The notes below the pieces were generated by a model. That model made no database searches, was not told where the DNA came from, and saw nothing but the letters and a program-made list of their open reading frames with translations. Positions 8,658-16,082 of a stretch of 17,063 nucleotides of DNA are shown here, in pieces (position 1 is the stretch's first letter; every line of letters starts with the position of its first letter). Origin of the DNA: Bdellovibrionia bacterium (lineage in GTDB: Bacteria; Bdellovibrionota; UBA1018); contig JBJMMA010000123.1 of assembly GCA_045805065.1 (NCBI GenBank), forward strand, positions 1-17,063, read 5' to 3'. Position numbers and translations under genes: made by a program.

Positions 8658-10111
8658 TTCAATCCTTCTCCAAAATGGATACAGACATTCTTAGGCTCCG
8701 TGAAAAAGCGCAGGGCATCCCAGCCCCCCTCACGACCCACACCGGATTCTTTCACGCCGCCAAAAGGCGTTCTCAGATCGCGCATCATCCAGGTATTGAC
8801 CCAGACAATTCCTGCATGAAGGCCTGCCGCGAAGCGATGCGCGCGATTCACGTTTTGAGTCCAGACGCTCGCGGAAAGTCCGTAGCGAGATTCATTGGCC
8901 CACCCGAGGACCTGCGCTTCTGAATCAAAGGGAATCAACGTTGCAACGGGTCCAAAGATTTCCTCCTGGTTGGTCCGGCATTGATTGGAGAGCCCTTCAA
9001 TCAGAGTGGGTTCAATAAACCATCCGGTTTCACAGCGACCCAAAAGCTTGGCTCGTTTGCCGCCACAAAGAATCTTGCCGCCTTCTTTTTGAGCAAGCTC
9101 AAGATAAGAGAGGACCTTCTTGAAATGCGCTTCCGACACCAGGGCGCCTTGATCCGTTGAGGCATCCAGAGGATCGCCGACCTTGAGGGCGCGAACTTTC
9201 TCCACGAGCCGGTCGCGAAACTTTTCATAGATCGGTTTTTCGACAAAGATCCGGGATCCACAAAGGCAGATCTCGCCCTGATTGGTAAACGCCGCACGAA
9301 CAGCCGTTGCAACGGCCTGATCGAGGTCCGCATCCGCAAACACGACGAAAGGATTCTTTCCACCCATCTCCAGCGAGAGCTTCTTGAAAACAGGTGCGGC
9401 CTCACGAGCAATCGCAGCGCCCGTTGCCGTACTTCCTGTAAAGGAGATCGCCTTGATCTCTGGATGAGATGAAAGCGCCGCACCTACTTTTGCACCCAGC
9501 CCGTGGACGATATTAAGAACGCCTGGAGGAAACCCAATGCGCTCGCAAACCTCGGCCAGTAAAAAGGCCGTCATAGGCGTAACTTCGGAGGGTTTTGCCA
9601 CGACGCAATTGCCGGCAGCCAGAGCAGGCGCAATCTTCCAGGTAAAAAGATAGAGCGGCAGATTCCAAGGTGAGATGCATCCGACCACACCCAGTGGATC
9701 GCGGAGCGTATAGTTGAGTGCCGATTTTCCCACGGCATGGCACTCAGTCGAAAACTGCGTGATGGCATCCGCAAAAAACTCAAAATTCTGGGCGCTTCGT
9801 GGAATATCGAGACGAGTCGCCAGAGAGAGTGGCTTACCGTTATCAAGAGATTCGGCGCGAGCAAAGGCTTCCAAATTCGCACGAATTTCACCAGCGATTT
9901 GTCTTAACCAGGAACTTCTCTCTTCGGCAGGAAGAGAAGACCATGCGGGAAAAGCAACCTTGGCCGCCTCCACTGCTCGTGCAATGTCACTTGCATCGGA
10001 GTCAGGGATTTTCGAGTAAACTTTTGCTGTCGCGGGTTCAGGGTTATCCAGCCAACCGCCCGATAGAGCCGGGACAAATTCCCCACCGATAAAGTTTCGA
10101 ATTTCGATCAC
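8654..10111 (-). CDS. 2-aminomuconate 6-semialdehyde dehydrogenase (NbaE/AmnC/ALDH8A1-like)
   Basis: ISPWNLPLYLFTWKIAPA, FTGST, LEMGGKNP, NQGEICLCGSR (catalytic Cys), EEIFGPV, RDLRTPFGG. GTG start with GGAGAG RBS. Confidence 0.9.
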   Translation of the reverse strand: MIEIRNFIGGEFVPALSGGWLDNPEPATAKVYSKIPDSDASDIARAVEAAKVAFPAWSSLPAEERSSWLRQIAGEIRANLEAFARAESLDNGKPLSLATRLDIPRSAQNFEFFADAITQFSTECHAVGKSALNYTLRDPLGVVGCISPWNLPLYLFTWKIAPALAAGNCVVAKPSEVTPMTAFLLAEVCERIGFPPGVLNIVHGLGAKVGAALSSHPEIKAISFTGSTATGAAIAREAAPVFKKLSLEMGGKNPFVVFADADLDQAVATAVRAAFTNQGEICLCGSRIFVEKPIYEKFRDRLVEKVRALKVGDPLDASTDQGALVSEAHFKKVLSYLELAQKEGGKILCGGKRAKLLGRCETGWFIEPTLIEGLSNQCRTNQEEIFGPVATLIPFDSEAQVLGWANESRYGLSASVWTQNVNRAHRFAAGLHAGIVWVNTWMMRDLRTPFGGVKESGVGREGGWDALRFFTEPKNVCIHFGEGLK

Positions 10112-10755
10112 AGGCTCTCCATATTTCCGGAGACGAGAGCTGCACGAACCGGCGAGGCGTCCCCTCCTTCGATTTTAAGTGGCAAGGCAACGAGCGTATA
10201 AATTCCGTCCGGCACCTGATCGAGAACGATTCCTTCCAGGATCGCCTGGTTGTTTCGATAGATGGCCTGATGCGCCTCAAGCCCTTTGGAATCTGCCGGA
10301 TCCACGGAGGGAGTATCAATTCCCACCAAGACAACTTGCTTCCGAGCAAGCTCATCGATGAGCTCGGGCGAGAAGGAGTTGAAATCCCCGTTCCATTGAT
10401 CGGGATCAGGAAATGATCCCGTTTTGAAAAGAACACGCGGGGCCTGAATTTCAATTCCGCGAAGATGCTCCAGGCCGATTCGCTCGCCCCGAGGCAAGGA
10501 AACAGAGACAACCTGGCAGCGCCCGAGATAATACTCAAGCTTTCGCTCATGGATTGCCTGGCCTTGGCCGTGATAATGATTCGGCGCATCCGTATGAGCA
10601 CCCAGGTGAACGGTCGTCAAAACTGAGGAAAGAGCCAGGTGATCGCCCTGAGTAAAATCCATGGCGATTTTTCGCTCAAAGCTCTGGTCCCCGGGAAATA
10701 CCGCGATGCGGTGAGAAATCAGCGGAGAAATGTCGTAAATAGTTGGTGTTTTCAC
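10108..10755 (-). CDS. kynB: Kynurenine formamidase (cyclase family)
   Basis: HLGAHTDAPNH metal motif, LVGIDTPSVDP, AILEG, LVALPLKI..GDASPVRA. GTG start behind GGGGAG. Confidence 0.9.
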   Translation of the reverse strand: MKTPTIYDISPLISHRIAVFPGDQSFERKIAMDFTQGDHLALSSVLTTVHLGAHTDAPNHYHGQGQAIHERKLEYYLGRCQVVSVSLPRGERIGLEHLRGIEIQAPRVLFKTGSFPDPDQWNGDFNSFSPELIDELARKQVVLVGIDTPSVDPADSKGLEAHQAIYRNNQAILEGIVLDQVPDGIYTLVALPLKIEGGDASPVRAALVSGNMESL

Positions 10756-10776
10756 GCCGGGCTCCCCATCCGGAAT

Positions 10777-10827
10777 TTTGTACCCAAGTTCTGCCGCATT
10801 GTAAACTTTAGGCCAAGCCGCTATACC
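10777..10827. promoter_or_regulatory. Candidate back-to-back sigma70 promoters with overlapping -35 boxes
   Basis: Plus strand: TTGTAA(10799-10804)-N17-TATACC(10822-10827). Minus strand: TTTACA(10805-10800)-N17-TACAAA(10782-10777). Both -10 boxes lack the final T. Confidence 0.4.
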
Positions 10828-10838
10828 AAAAAGAGCTT

Positions 10839-11627
10839 ATGAACCTATCCCCACTCGCTGAAACCCTTTGGCAGGCTCGAACAAGCGGAGCGCCCTGCGC
10901 CCCTTTGACAGAAACCCATCCCGATCTCACGATCGAGGAAGCCTACCAAATCTCAAGCCAGATCTTTCAGCGAAGGCTTGCTGGCGGCGCAAGGTCTGTC
11001 GGGCGAAAAATTGGACTGACTTCTCTAGCGGTCCAAAAGCAACTGGGCGTCGATCAGCCTGACTTTGGCTATCTGACTTCCGACATGCTGGTTCATACAG
11101 GTGGCCTTGTCGGAAAGAATGCGCTGATTCAAGGCCGCGCGGAAGGCGAAGTCGCTTTCATCCTGGGACGCGATCTCAAAGGGCCCGGACTGACTCGTGA
11201 AGACGTCATTGCAGCAACGGATCATGTCGTTGCCTGCATCGAGATCATTGATTCGCGCGTGAAGGATTGGAAAATCAAAATTCAGGATACGATCGCAGAC
11301 AATGCGTCATCCGCGCTCTTGGTTCTGGGAAACATGCCCAAAAGGCTTCAGGACCTGGATCTCAGAATGGCGGGAATGACGCTTCGGATGAATGGCGAAG
11401 TCGAATCCACCGGCGTGGGCGCTGCTTGCTTGAACCATCCCGTAAACGCTGTGCTTTGGCTGGCTAACGCTTTGGGACAGCTCGGAGACAGCTTGAAAGC
11501 GGGCGATATCATTCTCTCAGGCGCTTATGGCCCAGTTGTTCCGTTTAACCCAGGTGATCACTGCGAAGTTGAAATCAGTGGCTTAGGCAAGGTGACTTGC
11601 TCGCGCGAGAAGCACGAAGAGGCATAA
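10839..11627 (+). CDS. mhpD: 2-keto-4-pentenoate hydratase (FAH superfamily, MhpD/NbaH-like)
   Basis: GRKIGLTSLAVQKQLGVDQPDFG, EIIDSRVKDWKIKIQDTIADNASS, STGVGAACLNHP, GDIILSG. Confidence 0.85.
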   Translation: MNLSPLAETLWQARTSGAPCAPLTETHPDLTIEEAYQISSQIFQRRLAGGARSVGRKIGLTSLAVQKQLGVDQPDFGYLTSDMLVHTGGLVGKNALIQGRAEGEVAFILGRDLKGPGLTREDVIAATDHVVACIEIIDSRVKDWKIKIQDTIADNASSALLVLGNMPKRLQDLDLRMAGMTLRMNGEVESTGVGAACLNHPVNAVLWLANALGQLGDSLKAGDIILSGAYGPVVPFNPGDHCEVEISGLGKVTCSREKHEEA

Positions 11628-11636
11628 AGAGGCATC

Positions 11637-12446
11637 ATGTCCAAGGCTCCATCACAAACCCAGGCACAAACCCCGATTCAAGAGTTTGCCCACATCGTCA
11701 CTGACGCTTACTTCGGAGCGTACGAGATCGATAAGCTGACAGATCGCTCCCCTTTCTCCATTCCCGAGGCATACGCTATCCAGGCGCAGGGGCTTGAGAT
11801 TCTCTACAGCAAAGGCGATCGCCGCGTTGGCTATAAGATGGGACTCACGTCCAAAGCCAAGATGAAGCAAATGGGCGTTCATCAACCCATTTACGGAGTT
11901 CTGACGGAGAAGATGCGCATCGCTTCAGGCTCGACTTTCGGCTTTTCAGGTCGAATTCATCCCAAGATTGAGCCTGAGATTGCATTTTTAATCGGAAAGG
12001 ACCTCCAGGGAAAAGTCACCGCTGAAGAAGCATTGGCAGCTTGTTTGGGAGTCTGTGCTGCCATGGAAGTCATCGATTCCAGATACCGTAACTTTAACTT
12101 CACGCTTCCAGACGTCATTGCCGATAACTGCTCGTCGTCCGCCTTTGTTCTCGGAGAAACGATCAGAAAGCCCTCGGAAATCGACCTGGGAAACCTCGGG
12201 ATGCTGATGGAGGTCAATGGCAAGCCAGTTCAGTTTGGATCATCCTCGGCCATTTACGGGCATCCCGCAGCCTCTCTAGCGGAACTCTGCTCAATGCTTG
12301 CGGAACAAGGCAAGGGATTGCACGCGGGAGATATTGTTCTTGCCGGTGCCGCTACCGCTGCGATCTCCATTGAGCCAGGCCAGGAGATCAAAACACTGGT
12401 CCAGGACCTGGGCTTTGTCAGCCTGAAGACTCGGATTGAGTCTTGA
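11637..12446 (+). CDS. 4-oxalocrotonate decarboxylase (FAH superfamily, DmpH/NbaG/AmnE-like)
   Basis: GYKMGLTSKAKMKQMGV, IHPKIEPEIAF, EVIDSRYRNFNFTLPDVIADNCSS. Adjacent to its usual hydratase partner. Confidence 0.85.
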   Translation: MSKAPSQTQAQTPIQEFAHIVTDAYFGAYEIDKLTDRSPFSIPEAYAIQAQGLEILYSKGDRRVGYKMGLTSKAKMKQMGVHQPIYGVLTEKMRIASGSTFGFSGRIHPKIEPEIAFLIGKDLQGKVTAEEALAACLGVCAAMEVIDSRYRNFNFTLPDVIADNCSSSAFVLGETIRKPSEIDLGNLGMLMEVNGKPVQFGSSSAIYGHPAASLAELCSMLAEQGKGLHAGDIVLAGAATAAISIEPGQEIKTLVQDLGFVSLKTRIES

Positions 12447-13107
12447 GAATATAGCCGCCGCGAAAGACCGTCTTCAGATTGCAGGAGAAGTTCTTCAGCT
12501 TCTTTCTCAGATGCGCAACGTGCGTATCGACCGTACGGCTTGTGACGACAGAATCTGGCCAGAGATCGCCTAGCAAGCGCTCACGGCTGATCATCTGATC
12601 AGGGTACTCGAGGAAATACTTCAACACTTGAAGTTCAACTTGCGTCAAATAAACCTGCTCTTCGCCCACCCAGACCTGGGAGGACCGGGCCTCATAGCGG
12701 AGATTGCCCAGGCGGATGTCTTCCTGGCCCTTGATATCGGCATCTCGTCTGCGGAGCCGAGCCCGGATTCTTGCGAGCAGCTCTTCTGAGTGAAAGGGCT
12801 TGCTGACGTAATCGTCTGCTCCCGCATCCAGGCCTTTGACACGGCTATCGGGCTCGCTCTCACCCGTCAGGATGATGATCGGGATGTCGCGCGTTCCCGG
12901 CTTGGAGCGCAGCTGTTCACAGACTTCAAACCCGGTCATTTCAGGCAAATGCAGATCAATGAGAATGAGGTCAGGCCTTTCAGCCGAAGCGATCTTCAAT
13001 CCATCCTGCCCCGTATATGCCTTGAATGGCTGATAGTAAGGCGCAAGGGTACGAACGACTGCTTCGCAAAAATCCGTATCATCCTCAATCACCAACACTC
13101 GCTTCAT
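12418..13107 (-). CDS. OmpR/PhoB-family response regulator (no adjacent kinase)
   Basis: Receiver VLVIEDD / LILIDLHLP / ILTG / DYVSKPF, winged helix LTQVE..SRERLL..RTVDTHVAHLRKKL..TVFRGGY. Start taken as ATG 13107. The 3' end overlaps the convergent gene by 29 nt. Confidence 0.92.
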   Translation of the reverse strand: MKRVLVIEDDTDFCEAVVRTLAPYYQPFKAYTGQDGLKIASAERPDLILIDLHLPEMTGFEVCEQLRSKPGTRDIPIIILTGESEPDSRVKGLDAGADDYVSKPFHSEELLARIRARLRRRDADIKGQEDIRLGNLRYEARSSQVWVGEEQVYLTQVELQVLKYFLEYPDQMISRERLLGDLWPDSVVTSRTVDTHVAHLRKKLKNFSCNLKTVFRGGYILKTQSESSG

Positions 13108-13166
13108 GTCTAACCCGCTTTCGAGCACTCCATGGGCTTACAGCAATCATACAGCATTCAAAAGGA

Positions 13167-13185
13167 TCGCAATTTGCCATTGCGA
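13167..13185. promoter_or_regulatory. Perfect 7-5-7 inverted repeat, candidate operator or enhancer site
   Basis: TCGCAAT-TTGCC-ATTGCGA in the divergent intergenic region. Confidence 0.4.
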
Positions 13186-13394
13186 ATTCGTGACGTACTT
13201 CTCATTGATGAAATGCCTAAGCTGGATTTCCGCCCGAGGTAAAACTTTAATTCCTATTCATTTATTCTGTGGGGTTTGATTCAAAACTCAACTGCAAAGT
13301 AGCGCTGATAGCGGATTTCGAGAAATTTGAGCTCAGCAAAACGAGCAGTGCTTGCACGTCGTTTTTGCCTACTCTCCAAGTGTAGCAAGCGAAC

Positions 13395-13410
13395 TGGTAT
13401 GGCAGTTGCT
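13395..13410 (+). promoter_or_regulatory. Candidate sigma54 promoter of the KGG gene
   Basis: TGGTATGGCAGTTGCT matches TGGYAYR-N4-TTGCW. Predicted TSS ~13421, just before AGGAGG (13424-13429). Confidence 0.65.
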
Positions 13411-13438
13411 GAAGGTCCGCCGCAGGAGGAATTAAATT

Positions 13439-13690
13439 ATGGCAAGACGTACTTTGAACACTTCGGCTAAGCGTAAATCCACCCCGACGGCTCGTCGTAG
13501 CCGCACCACCGTTGCTCGCAAGAGCACCGCAGGTGCTGCAACCACGACGGCTCGTTCGAACGTTCGCGGCAAGGCTCGCGCAACCACGACTGCAGCTCGT
13601 TCGACTGCAAAGCGTGGCTTCGCTGCCATGAGCCCACAACGCCGCCGCAGCATCGCTGCTAAGGGCGGACGCGCTCGCGCTGCAGCTTAA
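13439..13690 (+). CDS. Small, highly basic KGG-motif protein (YciG-like motif with histone-H1/protamine-like N-terminus)
   Basis: Strong AGGAGG RBS and own terminator. The C-terminal RGFAAMSPQRRRSIAAKGGRA is a KGG stress motif. 17 Arg + 6 Lys and no Asp/Glu. Confidence 0.85.
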   Translation: MARRTLNTSAKRKSTPTARRSRTTVARKSTAGAATTTARSNVRGKARATTTAARSTAKRGFAAMSPQRRRSIAAKGGRARAAA

Positions 13691-13711
13691 GGCTCGCATT
13701 TCAGCTTTCTC

Positions 13712-13766
13712 AAAAGCCCATCTGTCACCGACGCCAACGTCATGACAGGTGGGCTTTTTCGTTTTT
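13712..13766 (+). terminator. Rho-independent terminator
   Basis: AAAAGCCCATCTGTCA / TGACAGGTGGGCTTTT stem with an inner GACG-CCAA-CGTC hairpin, followed by a T-rich tract. Confidence 0.85.
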
Positions 13767-13865
13767 CTCTCTCCCCTTCCTCAAAACTCCCTCCCAACAT
13801 CCTGATTTTACTGACCATTAAAATACTTGACCAAATCAGGCAGAAATAATAAAACATTCTTAGGG

Positions 13866-13885
13866 ATGTTAACTAAAATTAACAT
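13866..13885. promoter_or_regulatory. Perfect 7-6-7 inverted repeat upstream of the lipoprotein gene
   Basis: ATGTTAA-CTAAAA-TTAACAT, downstream of a weak TTGACC(13827)-N17-TAAAAC promoter candidate. Confidence 0.45.
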
Positions 13886-13938
13886 TCGGCAAATCAGGAC
13901 GAGATTTTAATATTCGACCTATGAGGGAGGCCGATCCA

Positions 13939-14799
13939 ATGAAAAATAAGTATGTGTCTCAAGTCATGGCAGTTCTATCAATCAGCGCAGCAGCAGTAGC
14001 GACCACAGGCTGCGGTTCGGCATCCGGCGGTGTCGGCAATATGCTCACCGGGATCCAAGTTCAGACCTATAATCAAAATGGCGACCTTTGGACCTCGATG
14101 ACGTCCCAAATCGATACGGGCGCCATGATTTTGGCAGGCGTAACGATTCCGATCGTGAACCCGCATGAACCCGGCGTGGTTCTCGGACAACTTTCGATGC
14201 AAAGCAATCTTTGCAACCCAAATGGCATCTGCCAAGGCGGCGGCACGCTGACGATCGCCGTGAACATCACCCAAGTTTCCCACGCACAAATTTTGGATAA
14301 CAAGCTTCCTAACGGAACGATGATTCCGGTTGGCCAGGCAGTCAACAACGCCATCGTTGCCCTTCCATTGGGCGGAACTGGCGGTAAGCTCTATGTCGCC
14401 TTCGGCCAAAACATCGCCATGCTTGGCGTTGCCCTTCCGTTCTCCGCTCTGGACTCGGTCGGACAATACATTCCGGGCGTGAACATCTTCCAGCCATTCG
14501 CTTCAAACGGTGTCAGCGGCATCATCGGCATGTTCACTGGATCCAGCGTGAAGACCACGGGTGTTGCTCTGTTCGTCGACTTGTCTAGCCTTTTGAAACC
14601 AAGTACTTCGACTCTTGCCGTGAACGCCCAAAGCTCTTTGAGCAGCGTTCGTGCACAAGCTTCGGTTCAATCGGCTGAAGTACAGCAAGTTGAGCCTCTG
14701 ATCTTGGACGAAGTGAAGCCTTCCTACTCCAAGGAACAAGCTGTGTACTACAAGCTCTGGAAGCTCAACAACAGCCGTACCAAGCTTCACTTGAAGTAA
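13939..14799 (+). CDS. Hypothetical lipoprotein, beta-strand rich
   Basis: Start reassigned to ATG 13939 behind GGGAGG. Signal MKNKYVSQVMAVLSISAAAVATTG|C followed by a Gly/Ser linker. No family recognised. Confidence 0.8.
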   Translation: MKNKYVSQVMAVLSISAAAVATTGCGSASGGVGNMLTGIQVQTYNQNGDLWTSMTSQIDTGAMILAGVTIPIVNPHEPGVVLGQLSMQSNLCNPNGICQGGGTLTIAVNITQVSHAQILDNKLPNGTMIPVGQAVNNAIVALPLGGTGGKLYVAFGQNIAMLGVALPFSALDSVGQYIPGVNIFQPFASNGVSGIIGMFTGSSVKTTGVALFVDLSSLLKPSTSTLAVNAQSSLSSVRAQASVQSAEVQQVEPLILDEVKPSYSKEQAVYYKLWKLNNSRTKLHLK

Positions 14800-14847
14800 T
14801 CCTGAACTCCTGAAGTAACCGAAAACTCCGCTCGACCTGATGCGGAG

Positions 14848-14894
14848 GCAAGCCCGAAGGGACCGCGATTCCCCCTTCGGGCTTGCAGCTTTTT
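14848..14894 (+). terminator. Rho-independent terminator
   Basis: Perfect 14-bp stem GCAAGCCCGAAGGG / CCCTTCGGGCTTGC followed by AGCTTTTT. A second hairpin CTCCGC/GCGGAG lies at 14826-14847. Confidence 0.75.
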
Positions 14895-14903
14895 AGCGCC
14901 CAA

Positions 14904-14919
14904 CGGCACGAAAGCTGCT
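14904..14919 (+). promoter_or_regulatory. Candidate sigma54 promoter of the transglutaminase-like gene
   Basis: CGGCACGAAAGCTGCT has GG-N10-GC spacing. Predicted TSS ~14930, 2-5 nt before GTG/ATG, and there is no Shine-Dalgarno. Confidence 0.55.
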
Positions 14920-14931
14920 TAATACAGCGAC

Positions 14932-16008
14932 GTGATGCAGAATGCCGCGCAGCGGTTCGTCTACTCTCTCCAAATCGCGCTCCTAGTGGGGCTCTTAGGG
15001 CTTAGCTCCTGCGGCTCCGGAAAATCCGGCGGTACCCGTCAGGCCTTTGGAACTGCGCCCCGCGCAGAGGTTGAAGGCATCAACGATCTCGCATTTTTGC
15101 TCCGCAACTATTCGCAGGGAAAAACCTCGCATCCCGGATGGGCGGGATATTGGTGGCCTTATCTTGAGAATGGCATCACTGATGCCGCATCAAAATACGA
15201 GCAAGCCACGGGGCAAATCGGCGCGGTGAATTGGGAGCTCACCAATCATAGCGCAGGCTCTCCAGGGGTCATGCCCTGGTTTGGCCACTGCAACGGCTGG
15301 GCAGCCGCATCAGTCATGTTTGACGAGCCTCGCTCGGATCTCGTGCAAAATGGCGTACTCTTCACCGTCAGTGATCAAAAAGCGCTTCTCTCTGAGCTTG
15401 GTCAGGAAGTGCATCTCGATGCTTTTGGCTTGCGCGCGGATAGCGACAGCCCGGGCGATCCAGCACTGGAAGACATATATCCGAATCAGTTCTTTCTTGT
15501 TCTCACGAACCTCGTGGGCAAAGGACAATCGCTGATCATGGATCGCTACACGGGCTCTCAAGTCTGGAACCATCCGATTGCAGGCTACCGGGTGTCTCCT
15601 GTGACTCCCTCTGATAATTTGGGAGCGGATCCATCCGCACCTGGCGTCTACCGTCTGATGCTGACTACGCAGATCTGGTGGCTCAGGGATGACGTTCCTC
15701 CCGGCCAGCTGACGGAGCCCTTCAACTTTGCCGACGGCCCCTCCTACGACAGCCGCGTTCTTCGATTTGAAATCTGGACCGATGCTCCGGCTCAGTTTGA
15801 TGATTCTGGAAACCTGGTCAGCGCCGGAAAAGTCGTCCTGACTCATGAGGGGGATATCGTTTACGGTGGTGCCTGGCAGATGGGCAGCTCTGACGTTCTC
15901 AATTCCCACCCGGACTATCTTTGGGCGCCCTACTCGCTTGCTACGCCAGGGCAGTTCGCCAACCCCGAAATTGACTCTCAACGGGTTAAAACCCTGCTAA
16001 AACTCTAA
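14932..16008 (+). CDS. Lipoprotein, transglutaminase-elicitor (Phytophthora GP42-like) family
   Basis: Lipobox LSS|C, WAGYWWP, KYE, WFGHCNGWAAAS..EP, FTVSDQKALL, Pep-13-like VWNHPIAGY, GAW...SHPDYLW. Confidence 0.75.
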   Translation: MMQNAAQRFVYSLQIALLVGLLGLSSCGSGKSGGTRQAFGTAPRAEVEGINDLAFLLRNYSQGKTSHPGWAGYWWPYLENGITDAASKYEQATGQIGAVNWELTNHSAGSPGVMPWFGHCNGWAAASVMFDEPRSDLVQNGVLFTVSDQKALLSELGQEVHLDAFGLRADSDSPGDPALEDIYPNQFFLVLTNLVGKGQSLIMDRYTGSQVWNHPIAGYRVSPVTPSDNLGADPSAPGVYRLMLTTQIWWLRDDVPPGQLTEPFNFADGPSYDSRVLRFEIWTDAPAQFDDSGNLVSAGKVVLTHEGDIVYGGAWQMGSSDVLNSHPDYLWAPYSLATPGQFANPEIDSQRVKTLLKL

Positions 16009-16082
16009 GATTTTACGGCCTTGAAATCGCTCTTGCAAACACTCTTCGAGCCGGGTAAATCTCTGACGCACGTTAAATATGT

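Noticed and set aside
10044..10601. 185-aa alternative-frame ORF in kynB, and the other shadow ORFs inside the catabolic genes, comM and the lipoproteins (e.g. 9001-9483, 13978-14466, 15310-15981)
   Set aside because: They overlap well-supported genes and show no recognisable motifs; this is expected from codon bias.
13262..13699. 145-aa and 73-aa minus-strand ORFs over the KGG gene
   Set aside because: The plus-strand gene has an RBS, a promoter motif, a terminator and a known motif, so the antisense frames are by-products.
13869..13883. CtrA box
   Set aside because: The spacing is TTAA-N6-TTAAC rather than N7, and nothing suggests an alphaproteobacterial context.
14792..14829. Imperfect 19-bp tandem duplication (TGAAGTAATCCTGAACTCC / TGAAGTAACCGAAAACTCC) at the lipoprotein stop
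   Set aside because: Only two copies (15/19 identical) with no spacer. This is not CRISPR-like and is probably a local slippage.
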